Part shown: piece after piece, positions 50,545 to 62,730 of the stretch | Numbering within the stretch: position 1 is the stretch's first letter | Layout of the letters: the number at the start of each line of letters is the position of its first letter | DNA from: Nemertoderma westbladi | Lineage: Eukaryota > Animalia > Xenacoelomorpha | Assembly: GCA_032718475.1 (NCBI GenBank) | Contig: JAUCBJ010001720.1 | Location: 69,533-133,532 of the forward strand | Direction: 5' to 3' | Length of the DNA stretch: 64,000 nt | Translations under genes and position numbers: made by a program | The notes under the pieces: generated by a model | The model's database searches: none | The model's input: the letters and a program-made list of their open reading frames with translations, nothing else | What the model was told of the DNA's origin: nothing

Positions 50545-51202
50545 GAAAAATATCGAGACTGGAAAAATATCGAGAGTAAAAATAACGAGAGTAAAAATAA
50601 CGAGTGTTGAAAATTAACGTGATTAAAAAATATCGAGAGCAAAAATAACGCGAGATGAAAAATATCGAAAATAACGAGTGTTGAAAAATATCGAGTTTTG
50701 AAAAATATCGAAAGTAAAAATATCGAGTGTTGAAGAAAAATATCGAGAGTAAAAATATTGAGTGTTGAAAAATATCGAGAGTAAAAATATCGAATGTTGA
50801 AAAATATCGAGTGTTAAAAAATATCGAGTGTTGAAAAATATCGAGAGTAAAAATATCGAGTGTTGAAAAATATCGAGAGTAAAAATATCGAGTGTTGGAA
50901 AATATCGAGTGTTGAAAAATGTCGAGTGTTGAAAAATATCGAGAGTAAAAATATGAGTGTTGAAAAATATCGAGAGTAAAAATATCGGGAGTAAAAATAT
51001 CGAGAGTAAAAATATCGAGTGTTGAAAAATATCGAGAGTAAAAATATGAGTGTTGAAAAATATCGAGAGTAAAAATATCGGGAGTAAAAATATCGAGAGT
51101 AAAAATATCGAGTGTTGAAAAATATCGAGAGTAAAAATATCAAGAGTATAAATATCGTGAGTAAAAATATCGAGTGTTGAAAAATATCAAGAATAAAAAT
51201 AT
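50545..51202. repeat. 15-17-bp A-tract repeat (AAAAATATCGAGAGT / AAAAATATCGAGTGTTG), about 40 units
   Basis: Two alternating unit types seen directly. Confidence 0.9.
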
Positions 51203-52770
51203 TGCATTTTGCGTGAGCATTTTACATGTGAAGAATACCAGGTTTTCAGTTTTCGGTCGAAATTCTACTGGTATTTTATATATGAATAATTTGTATTTTT
51301 CCAAATTTATCCTTATAGCGCTAATTTATGTCTTATAGTTATAATCTGTATAGATATTTATTCGTTTATTGTTTTGGTTAGGATAAGCCCTGGTTTTCCT
51401 GTGGTTTTAGTAAAACCTGGTATTCTTCACATAGGAGTAAAGTGAAATATAACAGCAGAAAGTCTGGTATACTTCACATAGGCCACAATTTTTATAAAAA
51501 TTGCCATTTATCTCCAATTGGCCCACCAGTAGAATTTCTTAAAATATGCCTTGCATAATGCATATTGATGTAAGGAGCTAAAATTGTTAGAACCAAAAAT
51601 ATAATTTATCCGTTACAAAGGAAATAACAAGCACAATAACTCCATGGAATCCCATGCGTTTCACACGTATTTAACTTTATTATTTTATTAACTTAACGTT
51701 TATTGCTGTGGTTCCTTCAATCCGCCTCTGCTACGACCTCATTTAAGGGACATTACAAATACAATTAGTATTTGTGTTGTTTGTAGACAAGTCAAATCTA
51801 CCTTACGGTACTTTGGTCCGGGGGGGGGGGGGGGGGGGGGGGTAGCGTGTGGCAGTGTGGTGGGGACTGGGAGTGGTTCTATTCTATCAATTATTTATTA
51901 GCAAAGTTTGTTTTTTGTGAGGGATAGAAGATTCCCTCGTGTCTAACGAGGTGATTATCAGATGCATTTAACGAAATAAAATAGGATCTAAGTTCGCCGA
52001 TTTAGGACCTAAGTTAAGTTCCATAGGATCTAAATCCACAAAAATCTGGCCTTCAAGGATCTAAGTTCGTCGTATTAGCACTGTCCACTGTATTAAATTA
52101 CCGGTACGCATTACAGCCTACAGGGTAGTACAGTAGGCCTACTACAGTACTAATAGCTATATGCAGAAATTCAACATTACCGTACAGCCTGACAGCCGTA
52201 CTGCTGTACTGTGTGTGCAGTTCCGGTATCAGTATTATCGGCTCACGTAGGGTTAGGTTTACAGGATTATATAACCAGCTTGAATTTAAAAGTAGCTTAT
52301 CAGCATTCAGCATAGCCTTCCTTACTGCTGTACTGCCTTATCTCTTTGTAGTTGGCTGGTTGCAGGGTTGGGGGTGAACGGTGTACTGGTGTAGTACCAC
52401 TGTACCGGCAGACCGGTTATTATAAGGCAGTAAGGTTAATAACAGTAGAAGTTATAACTCCTGAAGAGAAATTAAGGGAAATCCAAATCGTAGTACCGTA
52501 GGCTGGTAGGCTACCGACGTGCGACGTATAGCCTGCAGCAGCACAGGTGACAGGCCTGATACAGTGATAGCCTCTGAGCCTGCTTTGTTATTATAATTAC
52601 AGTACAGCAGTAGGCCTACAACAGTATTACATTATTACTGTATTACAGTATTTTTACTGTAGCGAACAGTTGACACTGCACACTGTCAGACAGTTACAGG
52701 TTAATAGCATTTCAGACAGTTACAGGTTAATAGCATTACTAAGCCTAACAGCCTAACTACTGAACTAATA

Positions 52771-53094
52771 ATGACGAGTAAACGACGGAATAACGGGCGG
52801 TCGAAGAAAGGCAGAGGTCACGTGAATCCGGTGCGGTGTACGAACTGCGCGCGGTGTGTCCCAAAGGATAAAGCGATAACCAAATTCGTAATTCGAAACA
52901 TAGTAGAGGCGGCGGCAGTACGAGACATTGCCGAGGCGAGTGTGTACGACACCTACGCGCTTCCCAAACTCTACCACAAGCTCATGTACTGCGTCAGCTG
53001 CGCCATCCATAGCAAGGTGGTTAGGAACAGATCGAGACAGATGCGCAAGGACAGAACACCTCCGCCAAGGTTTATACCACAGAGGCGGAATTAG
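52771..53094 (+). CDS. RPS26: 40S ribosomal protein S26 (eS26), intronless nested copy (probable retrogene)
   Basis: [51 protein letters not shown]...[23 protein letters not shown]...[10 protein letters not shown]. Intact ORF with the zinc-ligand Cys residues retained. Confidence 0.95.
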   Translation: MTSKRRNNGRSKKGRGHVNPVRCTNCARCVPKDKAITKFVIRNIVEAAAVRDIAEASVYDTYALPKLYHKLMYCVSCAIHSKVVRNRSRQMRKDRTPPPRFIPQRRN

Positions 53095-53398
53095 GGAGAG
53101 AAGAGTTTATACGACTAAACTGGCAACTGGATGAATGCATGATGGAATTCTGTTTAAATAACTGTCTTTAAGGATTAATAATAGCCATTTGTGTTGTATT
53201 CAGTTGTGCACATCTAATGTCTGAATATGGTGTGAATACGTTCACAATTCATATTATTAGTAGCCTATTAAACTGTTAAACATTATATTGAAAGGAATAT
53301 AACAGCTAAGAGGTAATTAATTAATTAATTTCGCATTGAGTCACGATGCTAAACTGTCACCAGGCTGACCTTGGTGACAGTTTAGAATACAACTATAC

Positions 53399-55085
53399 TA
53401 GGGATGTCCCGGAATTCCGTTCCGGCCGGAATTCCGGCGGTTTTTGCCCGATTCCGGTTCCGGCCGGAATTGCCGGAATGGGGTCAATTCCGGCCGGAAT
53501 TTTACCGGAATTACCAGTTCCCTAAGTAGTTTGATAGTTGCCAATTAGTTTGTTAAATTATTATCAAAATTTATATATTTTTTTAACATATAATATTACA
53601 AACTATTGTTTAAGATGCAGTACTTGTTAACACTACTTGTACAAAAAGTAAAGAATTAAAGTTTTCTTCGGCCGTTAGCTTAGAGCTACCATTTAAGGAT
53701 GCAAGGCGGAGATAGAGATACCCCATTCTAGCCACTTCAAATCATTCGTACCGAAAATAAAACTGCCGTGGCCCATGCGAGGTTAGAACCCACAATCTCC
53801 AGAGAGATGGGAATTCAATGCAACCAAGGTGGAACCTAATGAACCTGTAACGAGGGACAATTTACTGCCACCCCCTTTTTTAAGTCAATTTAGTCTTGAT
53901 GGCTATGCATCACATTTCCAAAAAAGTCAAAATTACACCTCCCTTGCCCCACTGGTAACAAATAAGTCAAAAGTCATTTGTTAAAAAATATAAGATGAGT
54001 CTCGCATTTACAAAATATTTCTATATACCCAAAGGTATAAATCCAGGCTTTCAGCATGCCATTAAGTTATGAATCGTTTGTCAAAAAAAGATGGAACATG
54101 GGACATAATCACTTTCGCTCATAAGTCGTTACTTACGATTTACCAGTGGAGTAGAGACGTTCCCATTGGAACCAATGTGTTGGTGTTCCATAATATAGTT
54201 CGACTTACGAGATAAGACTTACCAGTGATCAGTGAAACATGGGCCTTAACGAGTGGTTTTACAATTTGCTTATAATATAACGTTTTTTAGATTGAATTAC
54301 ATTATTATGCATTTATTTTACATTATTTTACTTTGATATAATTATTAAATAATATGATAATATTAATATTGGTATTGTCCAACATAACATATAGGATTAC
54401 CCCTACAGCTTTCAGCTTATTTCCAAGGGGGTCCTTTATGTAACTTGGTACAAATACAATATTACACAAATACACTAGGCTAACCTAAAACTAATATAAA
54501 ACGTTATTACTCTACGTACAGGTCCTGCGTCTTTAGGTCCTGCAAGTGTGGTCGTTAAGTCATTCGTCAATATTCCCTGCGTCGTAGCTGCTGCATATAA
54601 TACAGTATGTTTATTTATATTTACAGCAAAGCTATTTATTCCCAGCAAAATTAAACTGTAAGATATACTATTAACTCTCGTTTATTGTTCTGATTCGAAT
54701 AACATGTCACTGTAACATGTTCCTTTGCCTTAACGACACCAGGATATTGCACTAAACGAAACCAGGAAATCCGAAACCGCTGGTCAAAGTAGGTTTTAGG
54801 TATGAGCCTAAAAACCTAACTTTTGGCCAAGGATATAGGTTTTTGAAAAAACAATGAAATTTAATTCCCTGTCGTATAAGGCCGAAGTACCCCCCTCCCG
54901 TCGCCATAATAGGCCGTAATGTGCCAAAATTCATTTATTTCACAAAAAATTATAAGGTTTAATGGGTCATTTAGTGTACTTCACTAATTTATACAAAATT
55001 CCGGTTCCGGCCGGAATATTCCGGCATGTTGAATTCCGGTTCCGGTTCCGGCCGGAATCAAAATATCGATTCCGGGACATCCCTA
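53399..55085. mobile_element. Non-autonomous hAT transposon
   Basis: Perfect 17-bp TIRs TAGGGATGTCCCGGAAT, 8-bp TSD AACTATAC (53391-53398 and 55086-55093), subterminal CCGGAATTCCGG palindromes. Confidence 0.9.
54365..54510 (-). mobile_element. LINE 3'UTR fragment (same family as 6158-6908) nested in the hAT element
   Basis: GGTATTGTCCAACATAACATATAGGATTACCCCT...TTCCAAGGGGGTCCTTTATG is the reverse complement of about 6735-6830. Confidence 0.85.
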
Positions 55086-56088
55086 AACTATACAAACTTG
55101 TTGCAAGGTTCTTGGGTGTTCTGATCCTCGTATCTTTATCTTTCCAAGCTTTTCTTTCCAATAACTCAATGAGTTCATATTATTTACGTCAAACAGAACG
55201 AGCGGAACGGGAATACGGGTAGTTTATGGGAGATTACGGGCTGTATGTATGTATAGATAAGGTTATTGTTGATTGCAAAGGGTCTTGTATTCATTTTGTA
55301 ATGAACCTTGGAATTTCGTCGGGGGGGGGGGGGGGGGGGGGGTGGGCTTAATTTGTCCCCCCAACTCGTACGTTTAGTAGTGGTAGGAGGTAGATATCAC
55401 TTTTTAAGTCATGTCTTTGAAATCAAGGGGGTCGCCCCACATTCTGTCCGCTATCATCTCAGAACTATGAAAAATTTCATTTTCATCAGTAGACATTAAT
55501 TTTGGTGTTACATGTCCCATTTTGACCTTACGCGTAGTGTGTTGTATTGTGAATATGATGTAAATAGAGTTTCAATGGTCCTATGAACTCGAAAGAGGTA
55601 TCATTGGAACCGCAATTGCCGATTTAGTGGGTATTGAAGACACTTTTGAAGACCACTGGTCGATAGTTTCACAGCAATACTAATGTTCAATAAATATAGT
55701 TAACGGTGACTTTAAGGGGAAAAGTGTGCGGTGAGAGATCTCATATAAAATGCTTTGCGCATCATTGTTTACTTAGGTGCATTTTTCGAGAAATGTTTTC
55801 ATTGGATTTGCTTGAAATTTGGAACATATGTTCAGGCCGCATTATGATTCAAAACCATGCAACATTGATGCATGACATACTTTGTAAGGAATTTGGTAGC
55901 AATATAAATTATGATAATGGAAAAAAGTCCTATTGTGCACTCAAGCATCAAGCTCAAGCATGATATCCAATTATGACAAGTTTATATATTTAATGTTGTG
56001 GGTTGACGTCGAGCATGGCATGAGCATATTATATGATGAGCCTCCAGGGGGCCGGAGGGAACGACGAACTGGGATGAGGGTCTTGCTA

Positions 56089-56302
56089 CGTATATTAATA
56101 AAAGAGTTTATGTCCGTGTGCGTGCGCATTTCGCCCGTTCCGAAGGGAATTTCTTCCAGTCCCTGACTTCCAACACCACTATTTCGTTTTATTTGTAAAT
56201 TTACTTTGAATTTTATTTAATTTGGTTATTTTAATGTTTAAAAGAATCCGCTGAAGTCACCCAAAATGCGCATGCGGACATAAACTCTTTTATTAATATA
56301 CG
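56089..56302. mobile_element. MITE-like element with 28-bp perfect inverted repeats
   Basis: CGTATATTAATAAAAGAGTTTATGTCCG (56089-56116) and its reverse complement at 56275-56302. Confidence 0.7.
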
Positions 56303-57250
56303 TGGCATGGCAAGAACTTTTATTATGTAAAAATGTATAGTTATATATGTATAATTTTAATACTATTGAATAGTATTACTATAGGCCCTTACTTTGCCTA
56401 TGATATCCATTTTTAATGTTCTCAGGATGGTGATTTTTGGTTAAATATCAGTTAGTGAGTCAATCAGTCAGTTGGCCACGAGCAATTCTTACAGTAAGTA
56501 ACCTTTGGAACATAAATTCTATTTTTTTTAGTAGAATATTTCCTCAAAAGGGCAAAATTTGTACGGATACATCAATCACGAACAACAAACTTCATCATGT
56601 GTATACCCATTATTAATACACTTCGAGTAGAGGAATGTTATAAAAATTTTTTTTTTAATTTATTAAAATCTATTATTTTTAGTTATTATTAGTAAATTAA
56701 GTTTAAATTTAATAATTTAATTAAATGTAAATTAAAAGTAAATTTTTGGTTCCAATGAGAATTTATTTCAAGGTCAGATGCGTATACAACATTATTATAA
56801 TGATTTCTGATCACGAGTCATACAGTAGGGTGAAAAGTAACAAAAGTAACAAAGAAAAAATGTGAAGTGTCATACTGAAAAAAAATTGTTTGCTGTTGAA
56901 AAATAATTTTTTTAATTCACTAAACAGTAAACTGACGATTGCGGTTCCAATGAGACTATTTTCAACTTCATACGACCTTTCAAACTCTTGTTACAACATA
57001 TTATGACTTCTGATCGCTACGCCTTGGGTGAAAAATCGATTTTTGACAATGTCTCATACTGAAAAAATTGTTCACTGTTGAAAAATAAATATTTTTTAAT
57101 TCACTAACAGTAAACCGACGATTGCGGTTCCAAAGAGACTATTTTCAACTTTATACGACCTCCCAAACTCTTTTTACAACATATTAATGATTCCGATCAC
57201 TATGCAAGTATTGGACAGCTTCACAAATAACCCACATATTTTTCAAAATT

Positions 57251-58378
57251 TCAAATGCTCATCCTGCACTTCCATTGTACCACGTACGGCCCAGATTCAT
57301 GATAGTCCTGCCTACTGATACACATATGTTTGAATGTAGACAGGGACGCCAGCAATGACCCCCCAATCCATGCCGAGTATTTCCTCTCTGGTGGTTCAAA
57401 TACCTCGACTTTGACGGTGGCCGGTGCGAGTGTGGCCATCTCTTTCCGAACGCGCTGGGCGAGTCCGGGAAATGCGGACGATCCACCTGCCATCACGATA
57501 TTCCCATAAAGTTCCCTCCTTATCTGATAATCACATTTCATGATAGAACCGTAAACCATTTCGTGTACTCCTTTTGCTTCCAATCCCATTGATTCCGGTT
57601 GAAAAAGTGTTTCAGTCGCCCTAAATCTCTCGTTTTCAATAACCATGAGTTGACCATCAGGTAACATATAACCTTTCTCTAGAGTTGTACTTGAAGCAGC
57701 TAAACAGAACTCTTGTTGGAAATCGAATGCGACATAGCAGAGCTTCTCTTTAACGTCTCTCACGATCTCGCTATCCACCGCGGTGAAGGAATAACCTCTC
57801 TCCGCGAGGAGTTTCATTAGGTGATTGGTTATTTCGCGACCCGCAACGTCCAGCCTATGGACACCATGCGTCAACGCGAATCCTTCATGGACAGGGACAC
57901 TATGGGTGACCCCGTAACCCGAGTCCAACACCACTCCACTGGTCCTACCAGACGCATACAAGGAAAGCACAGCCGGGTTGCCAAGGTACAGAGAATTAGC
58001 ATTGAAGGTCTCAAACATTATTTGGACGAGGTTTTCGCTATCCTCTTTAAGATTGAGAGGCGTTTCTGTTAGTAACACTGTCAACTTATCGGGCGATATT
58101 CTGAGCTCGTTGGTGAACGTGTGACGCCATATCGCTTCCATGTCGTCCCAGTTTGTAACGTAACCTCGCTTTACGGGGTACTTCAGGGTTAGGCTCTCGC
58201 GTCTCGTTTGAGCTTCGTGTCCGATGTAGGTGTCTCCTTGACCCATCCCGATTAGAACTCCCAAATGTCGAGGTTTCCCCAACATTGTGGGAAACACCGA
58301 TGAGGGGGCGTCGTCTCCAGAGAAACCAGCCTTTGTTAACCCTGACCCCGTATCTATGACAACAGAGGCAGCATTCAT
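57251..58378 (-). CDS. Intronless divergent actin-like protein (375 aa from ATG 58378), nested in the Tudor intron
   Basis: Colinear with actin: [66 protein letters not shown]. No stops, frameshifts or introns. Confidence 0.92.
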   Translation of the reverse strand: MNAASVVIDTGSGLTKAGFSGDDAPSSVFPTMLGKPRHLGVLIGMGQGDTYIGHEAQTRRESLTLKYPVKRGYVTNWDDMEAIWRHTFTNELRISPDKLTVLLTETPLNLKEDSENLVQIMFETFNANSLYLGNPAVLSLYASGRTSGVVLDSGYGVTHSVPVHEGFALTHGVHRLDVAGREITNHLMKLLAERGYSFTAVDSEIVRDVKEKLCYVAFDFQQEFCLAASSTTLEKGYMLPDGQLMVIENERFRATETLFQPESMGLEAKGVHEMVYGSIMKCDYQIRRELYGNIVMAGGSSAFPGLAQRVRKEMATLAPATVKVEVFEPPERKYSAWIGGSLLASLSTFKHMCISRQDYHESGPYVVQWKCRMSI

Positions 58379-58432
58379 TGTGCCGATCAATTTGTAGCCG
58401 ATAATGACTAAAAATTTACGAATGACTAATTA

Positions 58433-59130
58433 GGGGCCCATCCATAAATGACGTCACGGTTTTAAAGACATTTTTGACCCCCCTCCCCCTCTTCGTCACA
58501 ATTCGTCACGAAATGGCTATCCCCCCCCCCCCCCCGCCCCTCCCCAATGTCACGTCACACTATATAAAATTAAATCATTACTCTTATATCATTAGAACAA
58601 TAAATCTGGAATAAATTTGTCAACTATAAACTAACATTACAAATTACAGTAGGCTAATACGAGGTTTTCAGACATGCTCCCATGGGCACGACAGGTGGCC
58701 TGTCAATGCTTATAATTACCATTGGTGAGACATCATCCATCTACTGTGGGTTCGCAGGGGATTGATAATCAAACCGGGTTTTGGAACTACCGCTACCATT
58801 AAGGGTTATAAAGTGATTTTTAAGTAAAACTTTCGATGCAAAGTAAAGATGACATTCTTTACAAACAAGCTCTCTAATTTTACCAATTATGGAAGGGCAG
58901 TAGAGGTCGTAAGGTAAGATTTTAAAGTTTGTCATTGGAAGAGGTAATAGTTTAATAGTAAACACGTTATGTATTTAATATATATACAGTAATTTTATCG
59001 GAAACTTATAATGTGACGTCACGATATTGCGGACACCCCCCCCCCCCCCACCCCCCCTCGTCACAAATCGTCACGAAATACCAAACCCCCCCACCCCCTG
59101 TCCAGCGTGACGTCATTTATGGATGACGCC
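58433..59130 (-). mobile_element. Internally deleted Zator-type DNA transposon
   Basis: TIRs GGGGCCCATCCATAAATGACGTCACG / CGTGACGTCATTTATGGATGACGCC, TTA TSD on both sides, and an internal remnant PYDLYCPS...VCKECHLYFAS..LLKNH resembling a Zator transposase C-terminus. Confidence 0.8.
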
Positions 59131-60937
59131 TTATCCCATTTACCAAAATTGTGTATGGCGCTTAAAAATAAATCGATAATACAATGTGTTTTTCTAAACA
59201 ATAAATAACATAGAAAATAGCAACTATTTGTAATTACCGATACTAATTATATAGTTGCCATGGCAATACCTCGATTATTAATAGGTATTCTGTAATGACC
59301 CGTTTAAATCTATTAACATCCCGTTTATTCTCATTCTATGTGGGCGATCCACGATCTCCGTGAGCCCTGGCATACAGTTTAGTGTGGGTCACATCGTGAA
59401 TGTCCGTCTGTCTGTCTGTCCGACCGCTTGACAGGCGATTATTTTATTATTGAGAAACAATCTTAGAACTAGAATACTATACAATATCATTAATATTACA
59501 AAAACTATGTTCAAGAATGTTTGGCAACAAAATAATTACCAAGGATACAAAATCATGATATTTTCGAATGCCCATTTCTCGACTGTATCTCGTGCACATT
59601 ATAATAATGTTTTTACCTTTTTCGCATCCTGCAAACCGAGCATTTCATCGGTACCAACAATCACAACAGACTCTTGTAGCTAAAGATTTCGAATTTCCTG
59701 CAATATCATTGAGTGTTGAAACTAATTTGGGGGGCGGTTATGTATCGTATACCTGATTTAAGACGCTATATTCCAGGAGACTGGAGAAATTGGGCCGCAG
59801 TGAAACCTGCGACCATTAATAGATTCAGGGACTTGGTTTGAAGGAAGTTCCCACAGCGAGTTACTTTTAAACTCACAAAAACCGATGTCTAACAAGGATA
59901 ATAAAACATTAACATGTACAGTTAGGTTGGCACTTTTTCAGTGAACCAGGAAGACCCACCCAGACAGGCCGCCCCATGTAGATACATGATTCACGACTGG
60001 AGGAGGGCAACGTGTGTTCGGAGTTTCGTCCGGATAAAGTATACCGTTTCCAGTAAGAGCTGCTAGCTGTTGGACACAAATTCATTCAATCAGCGCATGT
60101 CAGAAGCCACTAGCCCCTCTATACCAACTAAAAGATACTCGAATGTAGATTCCAGGATTGACAGGTTAATGGATACTTACTCATGCGATGGCTGGCGCTG
60201 GCATGGATCCCCAAAGTAGGAAGATAATACTGATAACCGCTTCATTGCGGATGGATTTAACCCACAAGCTACAACTTCACACGTATATCTGCCAAATAAC
60301 ATAATCCATAATAAATAATTACACGAAATGTATACGTTATCTCTCGAGATATTCTGTCATTCGATGTTTCATATAACACCCAACACCACAATTCTCCAAA
60401 CTAACATATAATTCTTTTTAATTACATTCGTAACAGTTTTGTATTATAATATTTTTAAACATTTTTCATTTTCTAAATAATAGAACCTAACGTTCTATTT
60501 TTTTTAATCCTGAGATATGTGAGTTTTGATTTAAAATTGGGTTTCATAGATCAGTTAAATCAATGTTAACATTGGTAATTATAATAACTTAAAAAACTTT
60601 GTAATTCTAAATAACTAAATAACTTTTTATCTTCGGTAAATCTTTGGTTCACATAATTATTGTAAACCTTAATTGTAATCATTTCGTTATTATTTATTAA
60701 CAGGAATGGTGCTAATGCGCCATTTCTACCAGGTATGGAAGTTAAAGGAGTGATGGCAACCGACAACATTATGCTTTTTTCAAATGAAATTGTAGAAAGT
60801 CCTAAAGTGTTATTAAAGAGGAGGAAGCAGGAAGGACTTACTATTACTACTATTTTAATACAATTAATGTGGTTTATAAAAGTCCTACCTATTCGATATT
60901 CCTTAGGTAGAGGCCATTATTGCGTTAGTAAACTCAC

Positions 60938-61293
60938 AGATAGGGTAATGCGACGAGGGGTCTGATGTTGTTGGGATTGTTGTAATTGGTAGGCATCTTT
61001 ATTGGGAGAGAAAACGGGAGCCGTGACACTGAGGGACATATCTGCAGGGGGTAGAACCATAGCCAATCCGGGGGAGACACGTTGAGACACGCTCTGGATT
61101 GGTAGGGGGGCAGGGCGGTGAGGTTGGTGCCCGCTGTGGATTGGTTGGGGAGTGATGCGGGATGGGGGGTGCCCGATGTGGATTGGTTGAGGTGGACTGC
61201 GGGCACCGTGGTGTCCAATCTGGATTGGTTGAGCTGTCTGTACTGGGGTCATTAGTGGCGGAGCAACTGTTTGGCGTGGTGAAGGAGCTGGAA
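60938..61293 (-). CDS. Multi-Tudor gene exon (Pro/Gln/His-rich linker) preceding the 30-kb intron
   Basis: TTATTAG|TT acceptor (phase 1; alternative at 61287), TCT|GTGAGT donor (phase 0); RRITLS joins NLPTYNF of exon 30788. Confidence 0.75.
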
Positions 61294-61597
61294 CTAATAA
61301 GATAATGTATTAGTCCGTCATTAATAAAGCAAACACGGTAATAAGACATAATATTATAGCCACTTCACTGCAATTGCAATTCCAAACGGAAAGCCTCTTT
61401 CAGACGACTAATTCACATCACATGTCTAAAGGTTACAAAGTTACAGTCTAAAAATTACATTCCTTTTAATGTCTCACTTATCTACTTAATAATGTACGCG
61501 AATATCACTTATTGTGCTTTTATTATTTTACTGATCGCCTGGCCGCATTTAAAATAAATAAAGTAAAAATAAATAGCAGATAGTCTAGGTTACTCAC

Positions 61598-61688
61598 CAT
61601 TATTCTTCACTTGGTCGTTAACTGTTATATTTTGTCCAGAATCGTAAAGAACTACGTCCGCGAAATTGTTACTACATATTTGTACCGT
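61598..61688 (-). CDS. Multi-Tudor gene exon
   Basis: CTACAG|ACG acceptor, G|GTGAGT donor, 91 nt (phase 0/1); TVQICSNNFADVVLYDSGQNITVNDQVKNN. Confidence 0.8.
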
Positions 61689-61965
61689 CTGTAGCAAAAA
61701 ATAATAAATAAGTTAAATACCTTGTCATAACGTAGTCGGCTCTTAGGAATTCCGAACAGAAAACTTAAACGACACCAGTAACTAGGACAAAATATAAATC
61801 AATTACATGTCAACATTTACAAAAAGCGAATAAGTATAAAATTATTACCGGAATACATTTTTTTGAATTATATGAAATATAAAATAAAATAATGCAATTT
61901 TTATATATTTTTAATTAATATTTGGAATTTTTATAAATAATATTATTATGAACAAATTCACCAAC

Positions 61966-62121
61966 CCTACAAAATTTAGAGCGGTGTAGTGTGAGATCTT
62001 TGAATAGAATAGTCTGCTCCGCGGTCCACCCAGGGTAGTGAGGGTCTATTGTCGCTTCGATGGCCTGTGCCGGAAGCTCCATCAACTTAGACACTGTCTG
62101 TTTTATATCTCGGAGAGGTAC
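61966..62121 (-). CDS. Multi-Tudor gene exon
   Basis: CGCAG|GTA acceptor, AGG|GTTGGT donor, 156 nt; VPLRDIK...LMELPAQAIEATI...GWTAEQTILFKDLT is a typical extended-Tudor C-terminal half. Confidence 0.87.
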
Positions 62122-62340
62122 CTGCGAATCGAAACAATATACCGGTAATAAAATGTTAAGTCTAAAACATATCTAAACGCCGATAATCATTGTTATTATT
62201 AATTATTTATTTGGGGTAATTTGTTACAAAATAATCATAAAAAACATTCACATTCATTACTAACTTGAGGTGTGATTAGTTAGTTAAAGGCAACCCAGCA
62301 GACATCGTATCATATCCCATGCAGAGAGTCAATCACATAC

Positions 62341-62538
62341 CTGTTCTGAGATACCGTAGTCGACGAAGCACAATAGACATCGGGAGGCAGTAGGGTAGGT
62401 TAAAGCTAGAGCTCGATACCACCTGGCGTCCTCTGGGCTCCTGGCGACGCAACATAGACCCGGGGTGATTCTATTGCTAGGTATGGCACCACCTACGTTA
62501 CCCAGTCGCTCATACTGCTGCTGTATGGTGGCCATTAT
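62341..62538 (-). CDS. Multi-Tudor gene, most 5' exon recognised in the window (Tudor core); gene start lies further upstream
   Basis: CCTAG|ATA acceptor, CAG|GTATGT donor; CCVARSPEDARWYRA...FVDYGISEQ. Confidence 0.9.
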
Positions 62539-62646
62539 CTAGGCAAACAAAAGAAATATAAATATATTAAACAAACTTTGTAAGGATAAATAAAGTAACA
62601 TCAAAGCAACCCATAGTTAATTACCATAACTTTATTATCAAAAGTG

Positions 62647-62730
62647 GTGCAACTCAGAGATCTTGATTTTTAAAACAGATAAATCATTTCTCAATAGAGA
62701 TATGTGTGTGTGATATCATCATAGTTGCAC
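62647..62730 (-). ncRNA. Intronic box C/D snoRNA candidate (copy C)
   Basis: GTGCAAC(T)/(A)GTTGCAC terminal stem, C box ATGATGA, D box CTGA, guide AAAATCAAGATC; about 110 nt upstream of the 3' splice site at 62539. Confidence 0.75.

Noticed and set aside
55500-57200. Large degenerate element with GGTTCCAATGAG repeats and about 185-bp direct repeats
   Set aside because: Probably a decayed DNA transposon, but its ends and TSD could not be defined by eye.
59760-60290. Possible structured ncRNA (U17/telomerase-like) or extra exon at 60181-60288 on the - strand
   Set aside because: No U17 m1/m2 motifs and no clear telomere template. The AG/GT-bounded segment has no Tudor-like content, and the gene model needs no exon there.
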